This document shows, piece after piece, positions 1 through 12,312 of a DNA stretch of 64,000 nucleotides. The translations under genes were made by a program, and so were the position numbers. This DNA is from Tubulanus polymorphus (taxonomy: Eukaryota; Animalia; Nemertea). The DNA is taken from the NCBI RefSeq assembly GCF_964204645.1, contig NC_134027.1, positions 26,932,560 through 26,996,559 on the forward strand. Direction: 5' to 3'. Position 1 is the stretch's first letter, and the number at the start of each line of letters is the position of its first letter. The notes below the pieces were generated by a model. The model searched no databases and was not told where the DNA came from. It saw nothing but the letters and a program-made list of their open reading frames with translations.

Positions 1-1290
1 CAGGCCCCAAACGGTCTGCAGCCAATATGGCGTGTCAGGCCCCAAACGGTCTGCAGAATAGCTTCAATTGAGATATGGCGTGAGAGGACCCGAACGATTT
101 TCCGTACAAACAAATGAATAATTGTCACTAATTATCATAAATATTCAAAGATTTATCATTCTACATGGTTTGTCAATCATTTAGACTTAGAAAAAAGGCA
201 AATATTGTTTCAAAAAGCTCCTAAAATCACGCTGTCTTCTACATGGCGTGTCAAGCCCCAAACGGTCTGCAGAATAACTTCAATTGAGACATGGCGTGAG
301 TGAGAGGACCCGATCGATTTTCCGTACAAACAAATGAATAATTGTCATTAATTATCATAAATATTCAAAGATTTATCATTCTCCGTGGATTGTCAGTCAT
401 TTAGACTCAGAAAAAAGGCAAATATTGTTTCAAAAATAGCTCCTCAAATCACGCTGTCTTTCACATGGCGTGTCAGGCCCCAAATGTTCTGCAGCCAATA
501 TGGCGTGTCAGGCCCCAAACGGTCTGCAGAATAGCTTCAATTGAGACATGGCGTGAGAAGACCCGAACGATTTTCCGTACAAACAAATGAATAATTGTCA
601 TTGATTATCATAAATATTCAAAGATTTATCATTCTACGTGGATTGTCAATCATTTAGACTCAGAACAAAAGGCAAATATTGTTTCAAAAAGCTCCTAAAA
701 TCACGCTGTCTTCTACATGGCGTGTCAAGCCCCAAACGGTCTGCAGTCAATATGGCGTGTCAGGCCCCAAACGGTCTGCAGAATAGCTTCAATTGAGACA
801 TGGCGTGAGAAGACCCGAACGATTTTTCCGTACAAACAAATGAATAATTGTCACTAATTGTCTTAAATGTTCAAAGATTAATCCTTCTATATGATTTGTC
901 AATTATTTAGTCTTAGAAAAAAAAGCAAATACTGTTACAAAAAGCTCCTAAAACCACGCTGTCTTCTACATGGCGTGTCAGGCCCCAATGGCGTGAGAGT
1001 ACGCGATCAGTTTTCTATGGAAGCAATTAATTGTCACTAATCATATCTTTAGTTTCAATTAGTTATATATTGTTCATAATCATAAAGTCTAAAAAAAAAC
1101 AAATACTGCTAGAAAAATCGCGATTTGTCTTCTATATGGCGTGTCAGGCCCCAAACGGTCTACAGAATATAGCTTCAATTTACATGGCGTGAGAGGACCC
1201 GATCAGTTTTCCGTAGAAATAAATGAAAAATTGTGACTGATTATCTTAAATTAGTACAATAATCATTAAGTCTTAGAAATAGGTTTATAA
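1..1290. repeat. Tandem satellite-like array, about 220-253 bp units with an internal ~32-bp sub-repeat (TGGCGTGTCAGGCCCCAAACGGTCTGCAG); truncated at window start
   Basis: Landmark CAAATGAATAATTGTCA recurs at 111, 331, 584 and 837 (spacings 220/253/253); degenerate copies continue to about 1290. Confidence 0.9.
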
Positions 1291-2292
1291 ATCGTTGTTT
1301 CTATTTTGTTCATATGTAAAAATATACAAAATCGCTTATGTAAATGTAGCTGATGATCTCCTGATCGTCTCGCACCATAACGGAAACCTGTAAAAAACAT
1401 ATTCGAAGAATTTTACATAAAAATCTTTCGATATATATGCATCTGAATATAGTTATGAAGTAAAAACGGGATATAATTTTCTTTCAAAGTGGTTGCACTG
1501 AACGGAATACTACAATATAACGTATAAGTACATATTATATTTAGACAATATTTAGTAAGTATATATTTAGACAATAAGTTAAGAAAAAATAGAAATTCAT
1601 TACACATTGACATACCGGTACTTGAAATTATCTCATTCAGGTTTTACACGTCGTATCGGACTTAAAAACGTGGTCCGTTCGACGCGAACATATATCTTCG
1701 TTCCGCGTGAATTATATATAGTCTGCATTTTACTCGGGGCTTGTGACGCCATGTCAGATATGGCGTGACAAGCCCCGGGGCTTGTGACGCCATGTTCTGC
1801 TGATTCTTAAGATTGACTTCACTCGTCATTTTAGCCACGTATCTACCGTCAGGTGCTTCCACACGGTGGCAGATTGTAGAACTATCATTGTCAAACCACC
1901 GCTTCGCTTCAAAAACCTGAGTAGTTTTCAAAGGCAGTGGTCAGGAGCACATTGACTTATCAGTCTTATTTTATTGGGTGGAAAGTTTCGAAACGTTTTT
2001 ACTGTAACGTGCTGCCCCCAGTGAAAGTGGTAGATCCTGAAACGATCATTGTCATTAATTGTCACCTCAAGCAATTGAGGATATCCTTCTATAATAAGAC
2101 AACACGCACACAATTTATCATTTATAATAAATTTATTCTTCTACATTGAAATAATCTAGAAAAACAATATATTTACATTTGTCAGTTTGGAAGAAGAATA
2201 TTTCTATCTCCAAGTTTTATCAAAATTTCAATGTTTCAAACAAAACTACAACAATCGTATTACAGAAAAAGTTCACAGTCTCTAAATAGTGA

Positions 2293-3266
2293 TTAGTTCT
2301 TTGGAGGAACCCAACTTTCTATTTTCGGTCTTGTAGTGCTGTAAGGTACATATTCTCCTGAAGTTCCTGACTTGTTTTCTACGTGATCCATCAACCATCT
2401 GTGTTTGACAGGAGGAACTACAGTTGGTGGTTCATCCGCTATATAGTGAAGCCATCTATGCCTAAAAATAAACAAACATAAGTTCAATTCCCAAATCAAC
2501 TGTGGATAAATAAGTTTCTAAAAAGGAAATAATTTCTATCAGTGCCAATAGTTGAGAGTCTGACTTGGCATCAAGACATATTGTGTATTGTCTTTTTCAT
2601 TTTGAATTCAACTGTGCTGGTCCTTAGTAGAGACCTGCGTGAGGTTTGAACTACTAAAAATGACCCTGAAACCAAGTTGAGGTATTGATAAATATAAACT
2701 GGCCGCCCTAAAATCTCATTTAATGGAACATTTGGTTCTCAGGAACAGTGGAGTCTTTTAACATGCTTTAAAAACAATTTTATTCAAAAAGTCTTATGAT
2801 TACTAAATGTTTAAAAAGAATACATATTTTCTACAAGGGTTTGAGATTAAAGCGCTTTTGAACAATAAATTATTATCAATATTATTATCAAGAATTCTCA
2901 CCATTCGGCCGGAACTTGACTTCCATCATAATCTGTATTGATCTGATTATTATAATCAACCCAACGACTTCTTCCCATGAAATACGTCTTATTCTGATAA
3001 TATTTGTTGCCATATTTATCTTCACCGACAAAATCTCCCCATTTCAGTTCATCAGTTCTAAAAATAATAATTGCATCAATTACACAGTAAATGTCATTAT
3101 CAATAAAATACATTTTAATTGAACTTGATTGAATAAGATTCCTGAAATAAATGAATCTTTCGCTTTGAAATTCATACCTGTAAAGATTCATATAACAGCC
3201 AATTAAACCACCATTCTGTTTATAAATAGCACGTAAACGGCTAATTTTTTCCAGATATTTAGACAT
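2293..3266 (-). CDS. NDUFA12: NADH dehydrogenase (ubiquinone) 1 alpha subcomplex subunit 12, 3 exons
   Basis: Exons 3266-3178, 3057-2902 and 2461-2293 with GT-AG ends. Family-typical peptides RTDELKWGDFVGEDKYGNKYYQN, RSRWVDY, YDGSQVPAEWHRWLHY and YVPYSTTRPKIESWVPP. Confidence 0.95.
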
Positions 3267-3329
3267 TTCTATCTAACAATCTTTAGTGAGGATTTGACCT
3301 CGAATCGCGATTATAAATATAAGTTGAAA

Positions 3330-5135
3330 ATGGCGTCGAGACGAAGTGGGAACTTTAGACCGGGAGGTTTTGAAGATAGTTTTGACGATGATTTGGACGG
3401 TTTTGATTTCGGTTTTGGAGACGCTGAAAAATGGAAAGCGACTCTCGAGCCGCAATCAGTAAATCAATCGAATAATCATTGTCAGGTAAGGATAAGAATC
3501 GTGATATTTAAAATTAATTCAATTCAATCTGTAATTTATTATCGCTAGATGGCGTATTAGTACGGTACGTCTTTTTAAATTGCGGGCCGGGTCAATTAGG
3601 AATAATTGTAACTTTATAGGTAAACGGTACAGAACAAGATGATTCGATAGTTTTTAAATCTCTGAGTAAGCCACAACCTGTACAGGCTCAACCGGTTATA
3701 AATGGACTTGTAATAGATGATTTAAGACAGGCCATCATGAATGGTAATTTAAAGGTGGTCACCAGTTATCTGGAGCAAGGTATATATCTATCTAAAATCT
3801 AAATCATCTAAAGTATGGATAGAAATTTGAGTAATTTCATCAATTTTTGAAATATTTTGATGTACAGTATTTGAATATTCCAGGGATCAATGCTGATGTA
3901 GTATTGAAGTCTGGATGGACGCCACTGATGTACGCGGCTAGTTGTGCTAATTATGAATTAGTTTGTCTCTTGCTCACTTGGGGCGCTGATGCTAATTTTC
4001 ATAAAGGTTATTGTCAAGTCGATTATTCGATAGAGTTCGTGATATTAGTGATAATCAGTGCCAATGTTTTATTTACAGATCAATATACATCTCTGATGGC
4101 AGTTTGTGGCTGTACGCACAGAGAGGATACCGTCAATAACTGTGTGCTTAAACTCCTTGAAAGTAACGCTGACATAAATGCCTTTGATAGGTACGTTCAT
4201 CATCCTATCATTGTCTGTTTTAGGGGCGGATCCAAGCTATATTCCGTTGTATTCCAGAATATAGTCAGAAAAATGTGAATAACATATTTTCTAGAAGTAC
4301 CTAATCTAACAGAGGTTCAGAATGCCTTTGATAGATACAAGGAAAAAGAATCATTTTTGAAATTTTTCATGCAGAGGAACCCCATATCCCCCTTTAATGA
4401 GCTTCCCCGCTGGCATATCATTGAGCAATAATTTTGAGGAGTATATTCAAATCCATTGGCTGTATCCACCCCTGTCTTGTAGGTTGGGATCTGTTCCACC
4501 AGATGAGCACTCGGTCTAACGATGTCAAAATAAGTTTCATTTTGAATGAACTTTGAACTGATTGTCTAGGCCCCTTAATCTCTACATTATCAGTAGTGTT
4601 GGAGTTTGTTTATTTCAGGTATCATATGACAGCATTGATGTACGCGTCTAAAGAAGGAAGAATTGATGTAGTAAAAACGTTGTTAGAACACGGCGCTGAT
4701 GTCAATCAACAGGATAATAGAGGACAAACTGTTAGTATTTACAGTAACAACACATTACTGGTGTTATATATAATGCTTAGATCTAGCATAACAAAAATGT
4801 GTAATATAACTATTTCTAGGCTTTAGTATTAGCGACTTATAGGAGACATGTTAAAGTCATTGATTTACTACTGTCTCACAACGCCGATCCTAATGTGAAA
4901 ACTACAAACAAAGATACAGCTATTGACATCGCTTCTTCAAAGTATTTCGATGAGGTAAAAAATAAATGAACGATTTTGTTTTTGCGTAGGAATAAAAATG
5001 TGCTGGTTATTTAATGGTAACTTTATACTTTTAAGATCTATTTGTGCAAGCGTATGAACTCTAATTCAGTATCACTATCATAAAAGCGCTGGTGGTGAAC
5101 ATTGTTTCAATGAAACAGGTGCTATAAAAATGTAC

Positions 5136-5186
<51 letters not shown>

Positions 5187-7033
5187 CTCCTATTTCTATT
5201 GGTAGATTACGGAGTTGTTAAGGAATGCTGGTTGTCAGTTATCGACTTACAGCGGTCGATTCTCATCTCCGTGGAGTCATTTACCGGTTACGTCGAACCC
5301 GACTACAACTGACGATTCCAATATCACAAATGGATCGCTGGAAATGTATGTATCTACAAAGAGTGGAGGATTTGTAGAACATGTTGTGCCTTAACAGTGG
5401 AACCTTGTGTTAATACAAATCTTGTAGGCAAAAGTGAAATTTTTGTATTAAACAGGTTTCATATTATCAAAATGCCCATCCTCTAAGGATTGGCTAGGTG
5501 CTAAGTTAACTGTGGCTCGGCTCCTCGTCGAAATCTGATGATGAATCTTGATTGATATAAATATCTAAGCTGGGACATGCTGGAAACCATTGTAAAAGGG
5601 AACACTTTAGCGCGCTGTTTTGTGGACCTCAAACAGAATCGTTTTAACCATGCTTCTGTCTTGAGTGAATTTCATTTGTTTCATTACACAGATTTTTTAT
5701 AGGCTTGTGTTTAATTTATTTCAGACCTGCTGCGCAATTAGAACACTTCGGAGAATTGGAATTATTTTTATCTGGTTTAGAATTATCTGATTATATTCCT
5801 TTATTCCATCAACATCACGTGACTTTCTCTTCATTTCTACGTATGACAGATAACGACCTCAAACAGGTAATTTACTAGTCGATCTTGAGTTCTCTGACAT
5901 GTGGGAAATCTGCATACCAGGTGAGCAACTCTGACCAAACAGAAGTTGGGGGTCAGTGTTAGCTACATGAGCTGGTGTTTACATTAGGGAATCATAGGAT
6001 CAGAATATGTGGATATTTGATTATTAGAAAAACCACAGCTGCCACTGATGATATCCTATAATTTAAGGAGGGAATGTTTATTAATAAAGGGTCGGGGAAA
6101 TATCAGGGAATCTAAGATTCTCTGATCTGTAAGAACTTCGACATTAGATCTTCATATAGATTCAATCTTCTTTTAGATTGGAGTTGCAAGACTCGGACAA
6201 AGGAAGAAAATTTTAGATGCGATTCAAGCCGTCCATAAACAAGAATGGGAAGAATCGAGTCTCACTTCTCAACAGTATAATAAACACATCAAGTAAGGAT
6301 TTCATTCTGAATCATTTTCTTATTTCTTTTGACCAAAAAAATCAGTTGTTATCAATGGATGTGTATGTTTGTAGTTGCGCGACTGCATTGGCCATGGTTA
6401 AAAATATAGCAAAACATGTAGATTATATCGGTAGTACAATAGGATACGCGAAAGATCAAATTAAAGCTCATCCCGATGTACTAAAACGTGGTCAGGTCAG
6501 TTCATCAAACCGATGCATTTAAAAATAGGAGAACATCAACACCTAGTTTTGAATGATGTATTTATGATATGAATTGTAGGATGGAACCGGCGTTAAAAGT
6601 CTTTGTAAACAAACTGAAGATTCTTTACGAAACACGAGAGAATTGTATAAAGAACTGGTTGAATTACGACAGTATTTATCAGAGGTAAGAAAGAAAACCT
6701 TCTAAAACTAGAACTAGCACGACACGACTGTCTCTGTCGCAAGTGACATATGTTGCACTTGCGATTGACAGCAGCTAGACCCACACTGTCAACCTACATT
6801 AGGCTAACAGTTGACTTACATTAACCTGATCAGTCAAACTGTGGTCTATATTAGAGTTGTTGTTGTTACAGGTGGCAGATATAGATGACTATAAACCAGC
6901 TGATTTAGTCGAATATAAACATCAAACACAAGTCAGTAAAACTAAGAAAATGATTCTCTATACTCTAACTGTTGGTGCTATGGTCGCTGGTTTTGGTTAT
7001 TTTACTTGGAAGAAACAATTAATGACAACTTGA
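3330..7033 (+). CDS. ASZ1: Ankyrin repeat, SAM and basic leucine zipper protein (GASZ, piRNA pathway), about 12 exons
   Basis: Acidic N-terminus, then ankyrin repeats (SGWTPLMYAASCAN, TALMYASKEGRIDVVKTLLEHGADVN), a SAM domain (LELFLSGLELSDYIPLFHQHHVTFSSFLRMTDNDLKQIGVARLGQRKKILDAI), a coiled coil and a C-terminal hydrophobic anchor (MILYTLTVGAMVAGFGYFTWKK). Stop TGA at 7031-7033. Confidence 0.88.
5134..5186. repeat. (TAT)n microsatellite in an ASZ1 intron
   Basis: About 17 TAT units; source of the spurious poly-Tyr ORF. Confidence 0.95.
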
Positions 7034-7246
7034 CTGATTTACTACATTTGATGGTGAATCTAGTGAAAGTGAAATCAGGCTTTGAATCCATGCATTTTAT
7101 TTTTGTAATTTTTTATAGTCTACGATTAGAGGGTGACCTCAAATCAGGCATTTGTCTTCCTCATATAACGGTAATAAAGTTATCAAAGTTTAGAAAAATA
7201 CAAATTGCCTTTATTGAGTTGTTTATCATTCATATTTTATTTTACA

Positions 7247-8248
7247 TTATTTTTTTCTTTGTGTCAGGTTTTTTCCCACCTGTGAAATAGCAAACACCCT
7301 GCTTAGTTCATTTCGAAATTTCTGAAAGCTGATAAAATAGACAATAAAGTTAATTGCATTGTTTGATGTTTCAAGTGTCGTTGCTGTCAAGCTTAATAGT
7401 TGACGCATGGGTTGACGGGGCCATCTCAAAATTGATCGATTGTTAATGAGTATTGAAGTGACCACATTATTGGGTGTTGAAAGTATTATATACAAACACG
7501 TTATCGCCACCAGATTTTTGATGCAAGTTTTGTCTTGTTTTGAAAGAGTATTCTGTGAATTCACAGAAGAGGTTTTAGTAGGTCTCGACACTAGTTTTAT
7601 TGCTATCATAACAATACATGTGATGTTTATGAAGTACGGAAGGATGTAAAGCGTAACTGTTTTGGACATCGTAATAGACATCGCAAAATTGGCATTTTCC
7701 ATAGTAATTACGGGAAATAATATGCAGTTCTGCCATCGATCAATGCCATATATGTTGAACATGGCACCCTCTACACCTATGACAATGATCCATTGAAATA
7801 GAATCACAGACCGACGCCGAGGTTTGGTAAGAATTGTTGCAGCTCTCAGCGGCATCCATATAGCAAACGTCCTTTCTAGACTAAAAATACACAATGTCCA
7901 AGAAGAGAGTTTTAATGAAATATTTACCGTTACGAGTAAAAACTTGCAAATCGATTCAGAAGACGCGTAAAAGATGTAGATATGAGAGGTGATTCCCGAA
8001 GCTAAGCTGATTTTCTCCAGCAATTTTAGTGACATTATATTCAAATATATGAGATCTGATGTAGCTAATGAGAGCAGATATTGAGCGCTAGGACCGTCTA
8101 GTTCATGGCGCAATAGAATGAGTAGAACTAACGTAGATATGTTGCCTATGCTACCGAAAATCCACACAAAATAAACGATGAAATTGAACGTGTACCAGAC
8201 GCTTGATTGCCAACGCTCAGATGGCAATTCAAGTGATGTAAGATTCAT
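7247..8248 (-). CDS. Intronless rhodopsin-family GPCR (FMRFamide/peptide-receptor-like)
   Basis: Seven hydrophobic segments with GSIGN (TM1), LSLATSD (TM2), SLERTFAIWMPL (DRY variant), YILP (TM5), STP (TM6) and NNAINFIVY..SFQKFR (TM7/helix 8). Likely start MNLTS at 8248 carries an N-glycosylation sequon; the ORF stays open to 8398. Confidence 0.88.
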   Translation of the reverse strand: MNLTSLELPSERWQSSVWYTFNFIVYFVWIFGSIGNISTLVLLILLRHELDGPSAQYLLSLATSDLIYLNIMSLKLLEKISLASGITSHIYIFYASSESICKFLLVTVNISLKLSSWTLCIFSLERTFAIWMPLRAATILTKPRRRSVILFQWIIVIGVEGAMFNIYGIDRWQNCILFPVITMENANFAMSITMSKTVTLYILPYFINITCIVMIAIKLVSRPTKTSSVNSQNTLSKQDKTCIKNLVAITCLYIILSTPNNVVTSILINNRSILRWPRQPMRQLLSLTATTLETSNNAINFIVYFISFQKFRNELSRVFAISQVGKNLTQRKK

Positions 8249-8675
8249 AATTCCATCACAAAAAGAAAAATGTACAAATGGTGTAGGATTTCGATGTAAG
8301 TTAAACCGCACATGTGCCGGATATATATTAATGATGTGTAGCCTTAATTGAAATACTAACTCCACGCAGACGTCGAGCAATATAAAAAATGACGTCATCA
8401 GGCGTAGTTACTTACAATTTTGCTCACAGTTTTAATAGCCACAAGCTTTCGGGTCGAACTTTATAGTCATATGAATATATGACGGCTCAGTGTCCCTGGA
8501 CCCGTAGTTAACGTCATTCTTTTCTTATTGTCACGTTTTATCCACCCGTGTCAATTGTCATTTAGATTCTTTCAATTTCTCTTGTTGCTCAACCATTTTA
8601 CCAAAATACCAAAAAAACAAGTATAAACAATGAAAATATTTATTTATGAAAATGGCAACAATTCAAAGAAGGCAG

Positions 8676-11665
8676 TTATAAACCGTAGAGCTTAGCGAGT
8701 TCTTCAATCTCATTTCGACTGTGGCTTCCAGATTTCAGATGTTCGAATAAAGCACTTATAACTGCAATAAAGAAAACATTCATTTACTCACAGATGACGA
8801 TAGAAGTTTGAAGCATCGATTCGATGAAATACGATACCTTTCTGTTCATTCGGTGACAGGAACAAAACAGTCATTGAAAATCGTTTAACATTCGATAGAT
8901 ATTTCAGATGCTGAAATATATCTTCATTATCTCTGTAGAAATAAACGTAATGCATCGAGAGTGTGGTACGTAATAACAATACGACGATATCGAATCAGTG
9001 TATTCTAACTTACGGAACGTAGTAATCTTTGAGTACGGAAAGTATCTTCAGCAGCACATTAGCGTCTAGAAACTGGCCGAACAATTTCGGGAAAGTTTTC
9101 GGATCTATTTTCTAGATGGTATGAAAATAAATGGATGACAGGTTTTGAAATATGTCTCGATGAATGATGCTGAGAGCGAAGACGGCTATTTTAACATACC
9201 TTCATATATTTATAGAATAATTCTGAATCATTGCTGACGACTTTCCAATCAGTTTGAAACTGAAATGAAGTTGTCGGAGTTTCCGGCGCTGACAATGTTT
9301 TTATCCTGTCAGTTTTTTGCGCCACATTTATCTCATCACCTTTCGTTTTACGATCTAGTTTTTTCTCTCGGTTTCCGGGGTCTTTATTTTTAACGGATAA
9401 AAACTTGTTTTCGAATTCAACGTTTTGTTGTTGAGTAACTTTCTGTTTCGCGTCACCGCGACTCGCCTGAGCGTCTGCTATTTTCATTCTAATTTTCTTC
9501 TCTTCTTCACTTTCACCGATTTCCTCGATTTCAATTCGAACTAACGGTTTCTATCAATAGAAAATCAATTAATCATTTCATTTCACGTGCAAAATACAGT
9601 GAGACGTGCTGAAGTAACTGTAGTTGTCAGGATCCCAATTGACTTTAACTTAGTACATGTAAATTGAATCGGAAATATAAAAATATTCCAAAATAGAGAT
9701 GACTTCAGTAATGTGACCTATTATTAATATAACAGTCAATGATGACTTAACCAAGTTAACCTAATGGGACCAAGTCCACAAAAGTGTTTAACTCTTAGGA
9801 AGATTTAATTTCTTCACTTATTCGGTTTATCAATTAAAGAGTTACCGGTAATCTTGTTTGTGAAAATGGGAGTTTAGTGTTTTTAAATACCTTTGATCTT
9901 TTATCGGGATGTTTATAAATAGCTTTCACTAATCCACGAGTCCCTTCAGTAATACTTTGTCCTTGTGGTTTCGGATTTAAAATCTACAATATTCACGAAT
10001 ATAACTTTAGAAACATAAGAAATAGTCACTAACTGGTACGATTGCGTGTGATACACTCACAATTCACGTAACGTTTTTTGTACATACTTTATGAAGTTTA
10101 ACAGTAAACTCTGATTGTACCTTATCAATTTTATCTAATTCTGCTTTTGCTTGTTTATTATTCGGTTCTAGTTCGAGCACCGTTTCGAAATCACTCTTGG
10201 CCAATTCGTATTTAGATAATGACATCCTAGAGTGCGCTCGTCTCGAGTAGGCCTTCACGTAGGTCGGGTCTAACATTACAGCCTCCGTGCAATCTAACTC
10301 TGCAGCTGCAAACCTATAACATCAATATCAGTCATATTTGAAATAAGTTTAAATAATTTTTTTTAAAGTTAGATTTCAAACTTGAAATACACATTTAGAG
10401 CAAAAGCCCCAGTAAGTTTTTCTAAATATGTATATTCTCAACATTTTAAATTTTACTTCTAAATTGGTCAAATTTATTCCATTTTTTCAAAAAACAGTAT
10501 TTTCTAAGTTCTACGTACTTTTCTTGTTTAATCAAAGCCATGGCTCGATTTGCTGGTAGAATCGCATTCGTCGGATCACACTGCATTCCTTTAGTGTAAC
10601 AATCGATAGCTTCATCAAAACAACCTTCTTTAAACAGCTGATTCCCCTACAATAATTATCAATACGACTGTGTAACAAACATCATCCTCTCTCTCCACAG
10701 ACCCAGAGTTTGAGCCATGATTTCTATGATATATTGAGATTTAGAAGTGCTGATATCAGATGACAGAATCACGGTAGGCCTGAATGAATTCCATCCTTGA
10801 AAACGGTCATTGATATAATAGTAAAATGACATACCCTGTCTTTTTGTAAAGTTGCTTGTTGTTTTATTCTCTCCATCTCCCATTCTTCATCGGTTTCATA
10901 TTCCGAGGATTCCGCGTTCTCTTTCTGTTCATCGATGTCGTTCAATGCTTTATCCTATCGATTATCGATATATCAATAAACTATATCAGACAATTCGATC
11001 GTTTAGGTCCAGTTTATATCGATACATACCACATCAAATTTATCCCACGCCCTGAAGTCGAATCCACTGATTTTATCATTTTTCTTCGGATTTTCTTGTT
11101 TCTTTTTCTTCTTTTTTCTGACTTTCTTCTTTTGATCGAGGCTGTTTCGCACCGGAGGTAACTGAATTGTAAGACAACTCATTGAATTAAACAATCTACA
11201 AAATCTTAGGAACCATATTTGTCAAGGGGTTAGGGAACTTTCATAGTGAAATCAATGAAATTACGACATTAGGCTAAAAAAAATTGATACCTTGTTTCTC
11301 CGCTCTGCTGAGCTTAAATGTTGACCCGGCCGGCCGCCTATCTACCCTATACATTACCTTTTTTTAAATCGTGATCAATTTCACCATAACAGACCCGGCC
11401 GCTATAGAAATGAACTGTTGTTTATAAATTTTATCATATTTTACAAAAATGACCCGGCCGCTGCGGAGAAACAAGGTATCATTTTTGTTTAGCCTTATCT
11501 CACTTTTTCTGTAACGTCGGCAGCAGTTGTATTTTTCTTTAAAGCTTCATCTTTTTTCTGTATGTCATTTTGCCAGCTGTCCAAGTCTTTCAGAAAATCA
11601 CCCAATTCTGCTTGATTTTGCCGCAGATTCTTCTGCAGTTCAATCATTTTGTCGGCTCCAGACAT
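8676..11665 (-). CDS. RPAP3: RNA polymerase II-associated protein 3 (R2TP co-chaperone, Spaghetti-like), 10 coding exons
   Basis: N-terminus MSGADKMIELQKNLRQNQAELGDFLKDLDSWQNDI, then ISGFDFRAWDKFDV, TPR motifs (GNQLFKEG...NRAMA; DPTYVKAYSRRAHSR) and an RPAP3_C domain (PTTSFQFQTDWK...RFSMTVLFLS). Stop at 8678-8676. Confidence 0.92.
11270..11497. mobile_element. MITE with ~34-bp terminal inverted repeats in an RPAP3 intron
   Basis: Left end AGGCTAAAAAAAATTGATACCTTGTTTCTCCGC and right end GCGGAGAAACAAGGTATCATTTTTGTTTAGCCT, flanked by TA. Internal GACCCGGCCG occurs three times. A degenerate copy lies at about 39960-40150. Confidence 0.8.
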
Positions 11666-12312
11666 CGTCCTGAAAAAAAAGAAACGCAATATGACAACCA
11701 CGATACAATTATGAATCCAATTTGAAATGACATACAAGCATGTAAAACTTACCTAACTAGCCTAATATCTATTTATTTCTTGAAAACTTCTTTGCGACAT
11801 ACGGCCCTAAAAATTTATAAATTTCTTGACTGACGCTGTAATGAATTTCAGTTAATGATTAACCCTATACAACAAAGGTTTACTTCCAATTCAATTTGAT
11901 TATATTGCCAATATTTGGCGGTTTGCGGGCCGGCAGCCACCGAACAACAAGACACTGCATTAAGTATACGTTTGTATCCAGTACACTTATCATGCTATTG
12001 CTCTCTCAGTTTTTGCGTGTTGAGATTAGATTGAGAGGGACACAATCATTTTCAATGGATTATGCCACGCCAGCATTTTGTTTCAATTTGGGCCGCAAGA
12101 GAACGTTAACACCAAAGCAATATCTATGAAAGACACTGGATTATTTCAGTACTCCTTAATGATGAACTCTTGAATCCTGATACTGGAGGTTTAAATAACT
12201 TCAGAATCAATGGCAGGAAACATTAAAGTGTTGTAAAACCACAGATTTATTCCATCCACAACATAAAATACATTATAATAAATACATATAAATAATATCA
12301 TCACTTCATTGT

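Noticed and set aside
1-1290. CRISPR-like regularly spaced ~30-bp repeats
   Set aside because: The intervening sequences are themselves repeated, the context is eukaryotic and there are no cas genes.
5130-5312. Poly-tyrosine ORF
   Set aside because: It is a (TAT)n microsatellite in an intron.
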